This document shows, one piece after another, positions 6,518-16,377 of a stretch of DNA of 16,377 bases (positions are counted from its first letter, which is position 1; each line of letters opens with the position of its first letter). The translations under genes and the position numbers were made by a program. The notes under the pieces are model-generated. The model was not told the origin of the DNA. It did no database searches and saw nothing but the letters and a program-made list of their open reading frames with translations. This DNA is from an uncultured Chloroflexia bacterium (GTDB taxonomy: Bacteria; Chloroflexota; Limnocylindria; Limnocylindrales; CSP1-4). The stretch covers positions 1 through 16,377 of the forward strand of contig CAVYBU010000010.1 of the NCBI GenBank assembly GCA_963766735.1, in the 5' to 3' direction.

Positions 6518-8680
6518 ATGCTGATCGGCGGTATCACGCTCGGGCTGGTGCTCGGCCTGCTCCTGGGCGGGCGCCTGGAGAACCTGGCCAACATCCGTCT
6601 GCGCTTCCTGCCGCTGCTGTTCGTGGCGGTGATCCTCCGGTTTGCGACGGAAGCGCTGCTCGGGATGGGCGTCGAGGTCGTGGACGCGCTGCGTGTGCCG
6701 CTGCTCGGGGGCGCCTACGGGCTCCTGCTCTTCACTCTCTGGCACAACCGCTCGTACCCGGGCCTGGCGCTGGCGTTCGTCGGGATCGCGTCCAACACCC
6801 TGGTGATCGTGTGGAACGGAGGCTGGATGCCGGTGTGGCAACCCGCCTACGACGCGTCCGGGCTGGCGGGACCGCTCTACTCGCAGCTCCACTTCCCGAT
6901 CAGTGGCACCGGCGCCGAGTTCCTGCTCCACCTGGGCCCGCTGGCGGACGTCATCCCGTTCCCTATCCCGCCGCTGCAGAACGTCGCCTCGGTCGGTGAC
7001 CTGTTCCTGACGGCCGGCCTGGCGTTCTTCCTGTTCGCCACCCTGATGAGAACGCCGGCCGAGACGCAGACGGCGATCGACGAGGCGAAGACGGGTCGCT
7101 ACCTGGGCCTCGTCGGGCACGGCCCGCCTGCCGAGGCGTGGCGAGGCCGCGGGGGACGCGGCGGGCCTGGGCGTCCGCCCGGGAACCGGCCTGACGCCCG
7201 GCCTGCAGGAGGCCGCGGCCCTCGAACGCCCGCTGATGATGGGCGCCGGCGGCATCGGGCATGGCATCGCCGTCCGGGTCGCTCCATTGCGCCAGAGGGA
7301 GCCACCGCCGGAGCCGGAGTCGCGGCCACCACCGCCACCGCCTTCCCCGGTGGCATCGCTGTCCCCCGCCCGCGTCCTCGCCGGCGGGCGCTCGGCCCGC
7401 GCGTCCGCCGCCACCCGTACGTGCGCCTGGCGCTCAACGGCTCGTTCTCGGCGCTGTGGGTGGGCCAGGTGATCAGCCTGTTCGGGGATCGCGTCAACCA
7501 GATCGCCCTGGGCGCCTTCGTCTACGAGCTGACCGACTCGCCGTTCGCCGTGGCGCTGACCTTCTTCATGGGGACGATCCCCAACCTGGTCTTCTCGCCG
7601 ATCGCCGGGGCCTACGTGGACCGCTGGGACAAGAAGCAGGTGCTGGTGGTCTCGGACATCCTCCGGGCGGCGCTGACCCTGCTCGTGCCGGTGGCCGTCC
7701 TGATCAACGTCTGGCTGGCGTACCCGCTGGTCTTCCTGATCACGACGGTCTCGATCTTCTTCCGGCCGGCGCGAGTTGCGATCCTGCCGCGCCTGGTTCC
7801 CAAGCGGGACCTGCTCTCCGCCAACTCCGCGATGTGGGTGGGCGAGACGCTGGCCGACGTCATCAACTACCCGATCGCCGGCCTGTTCGTGGTCTTCCTG
7901 GCTGGATCGCTGCCGATCGCGTTCTGGTTCGATGCCGCCACCTACCTGGTCTCGGCCGCCCTGCTGGCCTCGATCGCGATGCCGCCGCTGGCCCGCCGAA
8001 TCCGCGGCACGGACGCCGCCGATGGTCCGGAGGGAGCGAACGAGGGCGAGGGCGGGACAGACTCCCAGACCTCGATCCTCACCGACATGAAGGTGGGATG
8101 GGCATTCCTCCGCCACGAGACCGTCCTGCTGGCGAACACGATCCAGGGGACGGCCGGCCAGTTCGCGGTCGGCATCGTCACGGTGTCCGCCATCATCCTG
8201 GCGAGGCAGATCACGGGTTCGGATGGCAACGAGTACCGCGCGACCTACGCGTTCATGGAGACGGCCATCGGCCTCGGCAACCTGATGGGCGGCTTCGCCC
8301 TGGGCATGGTGGCCACGCGTGTCCGCAAGGGGCGGCTGGTGATCGCCGCCTACACGGTCTTCGGCGTGCTGATCTTCCTGGTCGGCCTGACAGACTCGAT
8401 CCCGCTGATCCTGGGGCTGCTGTTCGGGGTCGGCGTGGCGAACATGGCGTTCGTCATCCCCAGCCAGACGATGTTCCAGGAGCGCACGCCGCCGGAGCTG
8501 ATGGGGCGCGTGGTCAGCCTCCGGTTTGCCCTCGTGTTCGGCGGTATGTCCGTGGCGATGGCCGTGGGCGGCCTCCTGGTGGGGGTCTTCGGGCCGAGCC
8601 CGGTGATCGCGGCGGCCGGGCTGCTGTCGATCGTCGCCGGCCTCGCGGGGCTGGGCGTCAAGGCGCTGCGGGAGGCGTGA
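6518..8680 (+). CDS. DUF5317 domain fused to an MFS transporter (MFS_3/DHA3-like)
   Basis: The N-terminal ~180 aa carry DUF5317 motifs (GGRLENL..IRLR, SNTLVIVWNGGWMPV, LADVIP...SVGD). The C-terminal part is MFS-like (LWVGQVISLFGD, AGAYVDRWDKKQVLVVSDILR, FQERTPPELMGRV). The linker at ~7120-7290 probably has compensating indels. Confidence 0.85.
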   Translation: MLIGGITLGLVLGLLLGGRLENLANIRLRFLPLLFVAVILRFATEALLGMGVEVVDALRVPLLGGAYGLLLFTLWHNRSYPGLALAFVGIASNTLVIVWNGGWMPVWQPAYDASGLAGPLYSQLHFPISGTGAEFLLHLGPLADVIPFPIPPLQNVASVGDLFLTAGLAFFLFATLMRTPAETQTAIDEAKTGRYLGLVGHGPPAEAWRGRGGRGGPGRPPGNRPDARPAGGRGPRTPADDGRRRHRAWHRRPGRSIAPEGATAGAGVAATTATAFPGGIAVPRPRPRRRALGPRVRRHPYVRLALNGSFSALWVGQVISLFGDRVNQIALGAFVYELTDSPFAVALTFFMGTIPNLVFSPIAGAYVDRWDKKQVLVVSDILRAALTLLVPVAVLINVWLAYPLVFLITTVSIFFRPARVAILPRLVPKRDLLSANSAMWVGETLADVINYPIAGLFVVFLAGSLPIAFWFDAATYLVSAALLASIAMPPLARRIRGTDAADGPEGANEGEGGTDSQTSILTDMKVGWAFLRHETVLLANTIQGTAGQFAVGIVTVSAIILARQITGSDGNEYRATYAFMETAIGLGNLMGGFALGMVATRVRKGRLVIAAYTVFGVLIFLVGLTDSIPLILGLLFGVGVANMAFVIPSQTMFQERTPPELMGRVVSLRFALVFGGMSVAMAVGGLLVGVFGPSPVIAAAGLLSIVAGLAGLGVKALREA

Positions 8681-8779
8681 CGCGACGAACCGGCCCGAAG
8701 CGGGCGGGGCTAGGTACACTGGCGGCCGCGTGAGGCGACGCCTGAAGGCGACGCCCGCGGAGAGGAGATCGATCACCGG

Positions 8780-9443
8780 ATGACCGACAACGAGCGCGAC
8801 CCGGAGGCCGTTGGCCCCGAGGGCGCGACGGACGAGACCGAGGCCGCGGACGACGCCGCCTCCGACACCGACGAGACGACTGCCGACGAGACGACTGCCG
8901 AGCGGGGCGGACGACGAGAGCGCGGACGACGCGGGCGAAAGCGCCGACGAGAGCGCCGACGGGGGTACGGACGACAACGTCGACGAGTGGGCCGCTGCCG
9001 TATCCACCGGCCCTGCCGCACCTGCCGCTGCTGCCGCCGGCACGACGGGGAAGCCGGCCCGCGGCCGGAAGGCCAAGGCGGCTGCACCTGCCGCGGCACC
9101 GACGATCTCCGAGCAGGCCGTCCACATCGGCGACCGCGCGTCCGCCTGGTTCGTGATCGTGACGATCGGCGTGTTCGTGGCGATCTTTGCCAGCGCGATG
9201 CTGTTCGGCAAGGGCGGCTTCGTGACTGACGTGCTGGCAACACCGACGCCGGTCGTGACGCCTGCTCCCGTTGTCACGCCGGCCCCGACCGCGGCACCGA
9301 CCGCGGCGCCTTCGACAGAAGCTACCGCGGCACCCACCGCAGCTCCCACGGCGGCGCCGAGCCCCAGCGAGTCGGTTGCTCCTTCTGCCAGCCCGGAACC
9401 GTCCCCCAGCGACGCCGCCTCGCCGAGTCCGTCGGCGAGCTAG
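8780..9443 (+). CDS. Hypothetical single-pass membrane protein with acidic N-terminus and Pro/Thr/Ala/Ser-rich C-terminal tail (frameshift ~8905)
   Basis: GAGGAG SD upstream and possible -10 TACACT at 8715-8720. [12 protein letters not shown]... joins the frame of the 8811..9443 ORF, giving TM segment [20 protein letters not shown] and then PTAA repeats. Confidence 0.7.
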
Positions 9444-9453
9444 CCCTCCGGCG

Positions 9454-10135
9454 ATGGACGAGCCCCGGGCGCGCACGAGCGAGGCCCGGGCGCGCACGAG
9501 CGAGGCCCGGGCGCGGATGGTCGCGGACCAGCTCCTCGGCCGCGACATCCGGGACGAGCGGGTCCTCAAGGCCATGGACACCGTCCCGCGGGAGGCGTTC
9601 GTGCCGGCGAAGGAACGCGACTATGCGTACCTCGATGGCCCGCTGGCGATCGGTGCCGGCCAGACGATCAGCCAGCCGTACATGGTGGCTCGTATGGCGG
9701 AGCTGCTCCACGTGGCGCGCGGCGACCGTGTCCTGGAGGTCGGTACCGGCTCCGGGTACGCCGCGGCGGTGCTGGCGGAGATCGGGCTGCCGCGTGACGA
9801 CGATCGAGCGGGAGCCGGGACTGGCGGCGGAGGCGCGCGCACGCCTGGCGGACCTGGGCTACGCGGACCGCGTGGACGTGCGCACGGGCGACGGGAGCCT
9901 GGGCCTGCCCGAGGAGGCACCGTGGGACGGCATCGTGGTGGCCGCGGCCGCCCCGGAGATCCCGGACGCCCTGCGCGAGCAGCTGGGCGACGGGCGGCGG
10001 CTGGTGATCCCGGTCGGATCGCGCCGGCAGCAGCAGCTCATGGTGGTGGAGCGGCACGGCGCCGAGTGGCAGGAGCACTCGGACGGGGCCTGCGTCTTCG
10101 TGCCGCTGATCGGCGGCGGGGGGTGGCAGCGGTGA
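9454..10135 (+). CDS. pcm: Protein-L-isoaspartate O-methyltransferase (frameshift ~9787)
   Basis: [48 protein letters not shown], then in the second frame [21 protein letters not shown]...GRRLVIPVG...CVFVPL. Confidence 0.93.
9464..9515 (+). repeat. 21-nt tandem repeat (~2.5 copies) at the pcm 5' end
   Basis: CCCGGGCGCGCACGAGCGAGG x2 plus CCCGGGCGCG, encoding RARTSEA repeats. Confidence 0.85.
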
Positions 10136-10201
10136 CGAGGTACCTCGCAGACGTGACCACGGGCCGGTGAACCGACCTTTCGGGAGCCGATCGCGCCCGG
10201 A

Positions 10202-10219
10202 TATACTCGGCCGGCCATG
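10202..10219 (+). promoter_or_regulatory. Probable leaderless or near-leaderless promoter (-10 TATACT)
   Basis: TATACT at 10202-10207 lies 9 nt upstream of ATG 10217, with no SD sequence between them. Confidence 0.55.
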
Positions 10220-11294
10220 ACCCATGTGTTCGTTGCCCCCCACCCGGACGACGTTGCGCTCTCGTGCGGCGGGCTGATCGCCAGCCTGCGCGAGCTCGGC
10301 CAGAACGTCACGATCCTGACGCTCTACTCCGGCTCCGGGCAGCGCTGACCAGCTCACGCCGTACCAGCGCGAGGCACTGGGCTTCGGGTCCAAGGCGGTC
10401 TGGCCGGTCAGCGAGGCGTTCAACCGCGCCCACCTGCAGGCCGACTTCCCCGAGGACGCCGCTGCCGCCCCCTGGCAGGCGACGAAGGAGGGCCTGGACG
10501 CCACGCAGGGCGAGGCGGACGCCGCCGCCAAGCGGTTCTGGCAGCGCTCCTCCTGGTACCGCCGGGCGAGGATCCACAACGAGTCCCTGGCGGGCCAGCC
10601 GGTCATCGACGACCTGGCCACGCAGGGCGCGGTCATGACGTCCGAGCGGACGGACGCGGCCGCCGCGGGCGACACCATGGCCGAGCGGCGTCTGGAGGAC
10701 GAGCGATACGCCGCCTTCGCCGAGGTCTCGGTCGTCTGGCTGGACCTCCCCGACGCGGTCTTCCGCGGCTACGAGGGCGACGACCAGCTCCTGGGCACGC
10801 CGCGTGCGGACGATCCGGCGCCGGTGGACCTGCTCCGCCGCGAGATCGCGCGCCTGGAGCCGTCCCGCATCTACCTGCCGCTGGGCATCGGCGGCCACGT
10901 TGACCACCAGCTGGCCCGCGACGCCGGGATCGCGCTCATGCACGACGCCCAGGCCTGGGTGATGCCCGGCCCGGACAACGCGGACATGACCGTCTTCTAC
11001 GAGGACTTCCCCTACGCGTGGTGGGAGGACTTCGGCCGCCTGGAAGACCTGCCTCCGGACGCGCTGGCCGGGCTGCCGGAGGGCGTCTCGCTGACCGCGG
11101 ACTTCGGGGACGTGGGCGACGTGCTGGAGCGCAAGATCCAGGGGATCCTGCTGTACGAGAGCCAGATCGAGCGGCTGTTCGACGACAAGGCCGCTGCCGC
11201 GGCCGCCGTGCGTGCGTACGCGGCGCGGGTGGCGGACATCGGCTCCGTCGCGAGCGGCGCCGCCGAGCGGTACTGGGTCACGACGCCGGCCTGA
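10217..11294 (+). CDS. PIG-L/LmbE family N-acetylglucosaminyl deacetylase (frameshift ~10340)
   Basis: MTHVFVAPHPDDVALSCGG, RRLED, LDLPDAVFRGY, PLGIGGHVDH, FYEDFPY, K...YESQ and ERYW motifs. Confidence 0.9.
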
Positions 11295-12172
11295 CGGTTG
11301 TGATTGGGCGCATCGCCGCGCGGACCGGGTGGTCACGACCCGGCGGTGCTGACAGTCTCCTAAGGATCACGGCCGTCGGCGCGATGAACAGGACGAACGA
11401 AGCCCAGTAGAAGGCGGGAATGGCGACGACGGCGGCCGCCGCTCGTGACCAGGGACGCCACAGGGCGAGCAGCGCAAGCGCGATGGCCGCCCGGACCAGG
11501 TACGGCACGGGGATCTGCGGTCCGATCCCGACCTTGCCATAGGCCTCAACGAGGATGCTCAGCCAGGCGGGCCACAGCGCGAGCCATGGCAGCGTGATCA
11601 AGACGCCGATGACGATCACCGGCACGATCGGACGCCAGTCTCTCGGATCGACGGCGAAGAATTGGTGAGATCTTGGCAAACGCCGTGGCAGCGGCGAGGC
11701 GCGGCTCCCCCTGCACGGCCATGACGATGCCGGCCGCGATCACCAGGTTGAAGTGACCTGACGTCAGCTCCCATGGCATGACCGGGAACGCAAGCGCGAG
11801 ACAGAAGCCGAACCAGCTTCCACCCAGGTAACGCAGAGCAGCGATCTCCGCCACCAAGACGAACCCCTGCTGCACCCCGGTGGGCAGCCAGGATGTGGCT
11901 CCGTAGAGAACCGCGATCGGCGGCGAGTAGAAGAAGGCGCCGTCGAACGCGGACGTGTAGACAGGTGTCCCGTTTCGGAGAGCGTCTCCGGCGGGATCGA
12001 AGATGTTGGTGACGTCCAAACCCGGCCACGGGAGCTGGCCCTGCCGGATGAGCATCCCCAGCTGGACCAGGAACCACACCACACATACGACTGCCAGAGC
12101 AAACCGCAGGAGCGGCCGGGCATCCAGGGCGGCGCCGAGGCGGGCAGGCAAGCTATGCGCGTGAGTGGTCAC
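11278..12172 (-). CDS. GT87/DUF2029-like integral membrane glycosyltransferase (frameshift ~11660)
   Basis: GGAGG SD before GTG 12172. A TM segment is followed by D...F..AG..LRNG.PVY...FFYSPP, then GHFNLVI and AKISP, continuing into the 11278..11679 frame with further TM helices. Confidence 0.7.
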
Positions 12173-12374
12173 AAGCCCGCCTCCAACTCGACCGGTAGGG
12201 GAGCCAGATCACGCCGCCGGAGTCCTCGTCGACAACTGGCACAATTGGCCAGGAGGAGGTCGGAGCCGGCGGAGCGCACCTACAGTCGATCCTCCCGCAT
12301 GGCTGCGCCCGACGATAGCAGGGCAACGAGCGGCACACCCGGCAAGGCCGTAGCATCACCGTCATCACCTTCAT
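12153..12374 (-). CDS. Possible small Cys-rich protein (73 aa)
   Basis: CRVCRSLPCYRRAQPCGRIDCRC cluster. Its ATG overlaps the upstream stop (ATGA) and its 3' end overlaps the start of the GT87-like gene. No recognised family. Confidence 0.3.
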   Translation of the reverse strand: MKVMTVMLRPCRVCRSLPCYRRAQPCGRIDCRCAPPAPTSSWPIVPVVDEDSGGVIWLPYRSSWRRACDHSRA

Positions 12375-13896
12375 CGAAGCACGCTCGAGATCGCCGCATC
12401 ATCCCGGGCGATGCGTTCAACTGCCTGGCCGCCGGCGAGCGGCTCAACGCCCGCCACCAACTGTGTGCGCTCGTGCCCGGTGATCGGCCGGTCGACCTCG
12501 ACCGGGCCTCGCACCAGGATCGCGCCGTCGGTGTCCTCGTAGACCACCGTCCAGCCGGTCAGGTCCAGGTGCGTGCCGGCCGGGAGCACGAGGAGGTCGA
12601 CCTGCCACCGGGCGAGGGCCTCGTCCGCGGCCGGGTCCGCCCGCGGCGATCGTCGCCCGGTCCGCCCAGACCTCCGCCGGGAACAGCTCGAACCGGGAGT
12701 CCAGGAAGTAGCAGGGCATCTGGCACGGCCCACTCGAGGAACGAGGTCCAGGTCTGGGCCGCAAGCACGCGGGTGCCAGCGGGGCCAGCTCGCGGAGGTC
12801 CGCCGCGATCCCGGACGGGGCGTAGGACAGGATCCCGGCGCGGCCGGTGATCGGGTCCGCTGGGCGCCACCACGGCAGGGCGGCCACCACCAGCCCAAGA
12901 GGAGGCCGCCACGACCACCGGAAGGCGGGACGCGCGTCGCGGGGTCGAGCTGTCCGGGAGGCGCTGGACACAGCGCGTCCGGCAGGCCGCCCAGCACGAA
13001 GACAGCGCCGAACGGCCACCAGGCGAGGCCGCGGACCGCCCAGACGCCGATCGCGAACAGCGCCGCCAGGAACAGCCAGTCCGGCCATCGCAGCGCCGCG
13101 CGTCCACGGACGGCCAGGACGAACGCCGCCGCGCCCGAGAGGTAGAACAGCAGGCCCGGAACGGTGAACGGGGTCGTGCGCTGCCACTCGCTGACCTGGC
13201 CGGAGATGACGGGGTTGGCGCCGATGCCCGGCGGCGTACGCCCAGACGCCCACCCCGAACGGGTTCACGAGCGTGGCGGCCGTGCCGGCCACGAGCACGG
13301 CGAAGGAGGCGCGCGCCGGTCGACCGCGGACGAGGTCGTCCAGCCAGGCGTAGCCCAGGAGGATCGGCGCGAGGACGAAGGAGCCGTGGATGTTGGCCCA
13401 CGCGATGACAAGGAGGGGCGCCAGCCAGAACGCCCGCGGGTTGCGGTGTCGGCGCGCGACCAGCAGCAGCAGGGCGGCGAAGATCGCGATCGCGAACAGC
13501 TGCGGCCGCAGTGCCAGCGCGGGCGCAGCCAGGGCGAAGGCCACGAGCCCGAGGATCGACGCCGTCCTGGCCCGGGCACCGCGCGCAATCGCCGTCGCCA
13601 CCAGCAGCCCGATCGAGAGCGAGACCAGCGCGGCCCGCAGGACCACCAGCAGCTCCCAGCCGCCGGCCCGGAACCCGAGCGCCAGGAGCACCTGCGCCAG
13701 CCACTGCTGGTCCGTCCACGGCGTCCCGGCCACCGTGAACGTGTAGGCGTCCACCGCCGGGATGACGCCGGTCCGCAGGATCTCGTCGCCGGCGCGCACC
13801 TGGTACGCGAGGTCCACGGCTGGGCAGCGGGACGAGCAGCGAGACCAGCGCAGGCAGCGCGACCGCCAGGAACAGCCAGAGACGTTCGAGGGTCAT
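12371..13896 (-). CDS. Uncharacterised polytopic membrane protein, probable GT-C fold glycosyltransferase (several frameshifts)
   Basis: Joined frames: MTLERLWLFLAV...DLAYQVRAG..I.....IPAVDAYTFTVAG.PW.DQQWL...LRPQLF...WANIHGSF...VNPFG...VSEWQ...FLDSRFELFP...W.VVYED. The exact stop is uncertain. Confidence 0.7.
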
Positions 13897-14247
13897 CGAG
13901 GCATGTTGAACGGGCGACCGGTCTGGAGCGTCGCATCGCGCTCATGCTACGGGCCGCTTGGCACGGGCGCCACGCGGGTACCGCCCAGTACGAGTACACA
14001 TCGACGTCGTGGCCCAAGGCGCCAACCCGAGCGGACGAAGCGAGCGTCGCCGCTCCGAGCAGCACGTTGCCGTCGCGCGCGAGCCGCCGGGGTACCTGCA
14101 ACCCGAGGAACGGCGCGCGGGCCCGATGCTACGTGCCGGATCCGGGCAGGTACAGTCCGAAGGTACGGTCGAACAGCATTGGGGCCGGGACTACCCTGCC
14201 CCAACCACTGGCGTGGACCGACCCGGGACGCCAAGGGAGGAGGACGC

Positions 14248-16363
14248 GTGTCCGACGACAGCGAGCCGCACAGCGACGGCCCATTCCTCCTGCCTCCGGT
14301 GAAGCGACTTGCACGACCCGCGACACGGCTCCTCCTCGTCAGCTCCACGGTCCTGTTCGCGGAGTTGCTGGTCATCCGATGGATCCCGGCGAACGTCATC
14401 TACGTCGGCTTCTTCCGGAACTTCCTCCTCATGGCGAGCTTCCTGGGGATCGGCCTCGGGATCCTGTGGGGCCGCAATCCACGGCCGCATCCAGATCTCC
14501 CCGTTCGGTCCGATGCTTCTCGCCATCGCGTTGCTCGTGACCACGCAACGGGTGAGCATTCAACTCCAGTCCCCGGGGGAGATCTTCTTCGGGCTCAGCG
14601 AGAGCACCGCCGCAGACGTCAACTTCATCGTGCTGCCGGTCATCGTGGCGCTGGTCGCGCTCCTGATGGCTTCTCTCGCGGTGCCATTGGGCGGCCTCCT
14701 GTCATCGATGCCCCCGTTGCGGGCCTACAGCTGGGACATCCTCGGCTCGATGGCCGGAATTGCCGCCTTCACACTCCTGTCTGGACTTGGGACGCCGCCC
14801 ATCGTGTGGTTCGCGGTGCTGGGCGCTCTTCTGGTGCTCGGCGGTCTGGCAGTCGGAATCCGACGCTCCTCAGTGGTCACGGCGGTCACCATCTCCGCGA
14901 CGCTGGCGGTCGTCCTGCTCGCGACGAAACCCGACCAGACATGGTCGCCGTACTACCGCATCGACCGCTACGCCGCGCAGGGCATCGAGGCACTGGACGT
15001 GAACGGGATCCCCCACCAGGCGATGTGGCCGGTGGACATCGCGCTGGAGGACCCGATCTACAACCAGGTCTACCGCTGGTTCCCGGAGCGGACTTTCGAC
15101 AACGTCCTCATCATCGGCGCCGGAAGCGGCACGGACGTGGCGGTCGCCCTCGAGAAGGGGGCCAAGCACGTGGACGCGGTCGAGATCGATCCGGCGATCC
15201 AGCGGATCGGCGTCGAGCGCCACCCGGACCGCCCATACGATGACCCGCGCGTCACCCGAATCGTGGACGACGGCCGCGCCTTCCTGCGCAAGACCGACGA
15301 CGCAGTACGACCTCGTGATCTTCGCCCTGCCCGATTCGCTGACGCTCGTGAGCACGTCGGCGAACCTCCGGCTCGAGTCCTTCCTGTTCACGCGTAGAAG
15401 CGTTCGAGGACGTGCGCCGCGCACGTCGGGCCGGACGGGTTGTTCGTTCTCTACAACTACTACCGGGAGGACTGGCTGCCCGCCAAGATCGGCGGCATGC
15501 TCCAGGAAGCCTTCGACGCCAAGCCCATCGTGCGCCTTCACGGACAGGCCGCCGCGACGCTGGCCGTCGGACCGGCGATCGAGGCCGTGGGCGGCCGCCC
15601 GCCGGGGGACAGCGTGGACGAGATCGACCTCGCTTCCGCCCCGCAACCTGCGACCGATGACTGGCCGTTCCTCTACCTGATCGAGCCGTACATCGCCCCG
15701 TACTACTTGGGCGCGCTCGCTCCTGATCCTCGTGTTCGCAGGCCTCATGGTCTGGCGCGCGGCGCGCGGTAGCGGAACGTCCCTCCGGCGGTTCAGCCCG
15801 CACTTCTTCCTGCTGGGCGTCGCGTTCCTCCTGCTGGAGACCCGGAGCCTCGTGACCTTCAGCCTGCTGTTCGGCAGCACGTGGCTCGTCAACTCACTCG
15901 TGTTCTTCGCCGTGCTCGCGAGCGTGCTCGCGCGCCATCGCCATCAACGCCCGCTTCCGATTCGGAACCCGGTACCACTCTATGCGGCGCTGCTCGTCTC
16001 GATCCTCGTGGCGTACGTCCTGCCGCCTGCGTCGCTCCTGGTCGAGCCGGTGTGGCTACGGTACGGCTGGCAGCCGTCGTGGCGTTCGCCCCGGTGTTCT
16101 TCGCCAACCTCGTGTTCAGCCACTCGTTCCGGGATACGTGGACCGCGGACATGGCGTTCGCGTCCAACCTGCTGGGCGCGATGGTCGGCGGCGCGGTGGA
16201 GTACCTGGCGCTGCTCACGGGCTACCAGGGCCTGCTCGTGATCGTCGCGGCGCTGTACGTGACCGCATGGCTGGCGTCGTCGAAGGTGCGCATCCTCGCC
16301 GACAAGGACCTGGTCAACGACGCGGAAGCGCCACCGTCATCTCAGGCCGCGGTGGTCAGCTGA
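14248..16363 (+). CDS. Membrane-fused spermidine-synthase-like SAM-fold protein (multiple frameshifts)
   Basis: GGAGGAGG SD and GTG start. TM region ELLVIRW...FLGIGLG, then WSPYYRI, VNGIPHQ, VLIIGAGSGTDV, VDAVEIDP, DDGRAFL, YDLVIFALPDS, ESFLFT, PATDDWPFLY, and a C-terminal TM region HFFLLGVAFLLLET...SNLLGAMVGG..EY. Confidence 0.85.
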
Positions 16364-16377
16364 CCGCCGTCGCCACC

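Noticed and set aside
8692-8710. Terminator after DUF5317-MFS
   Set aside because: Only a short GCCCG/CGGGC stem is present, with no U-tract.
5825-9349. 1174-aa minus-strand ORF
   Set aside because: It is the antisense shadow of the well-supported HD-GYP, DUF5317-MFS and membrane protein genes. Long stop-free antisense frames are common in high-GC DNA and it has no recognisable motifs.
9464-9515. Functional significance of the 21-nt repeat in pcm
   Set aside because: It is an in-frame duplication in a poorly conserved N-terminus, most likely neutral slippage.
13897-14247. Hidden gene or ncRNA in the divergent intergenic region
   Set aside because: I could not identify a convincing SD-led ORF, known RNA motif or strong repeat.

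Overview
High-GC bacterial window, probably Chloroflexota- or Actinomycetota-like (inferred from gene content and codon style). Many single-base frameshifts look like long-read indel errors. From left to right it holds a truncated lipoprotein gene (-), dodecin, a large MalT-like ATPase/helical-repeat/BTAD regulator and a candidate signalling operon. That operon is a sigma70-like promoter, a c-di-GMP-II riboswitch overlapping a terminator, two unannotated micro-ORFs that both end in LKG[W/F] (MAPSKGLKGW and MKDRLMRLLATLGAVAALALAGGASLKGF), a membrane-anchored HD-GYP phosphodiesterase and a DUF5317-MFS fusion. Downstream are an acidic single-TM protein, pcm, a PIG-L deacetylase, two GT-C-like membrane proteins (-) and a membrane-fused spermidine-synthase-like protein. 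The main discovery candidate is a c-di-GMP-controlled peptide-pheromone-like system whose likely specificity-determining parts sit in a compositionally distinct block (~2.0-5.7 kb).
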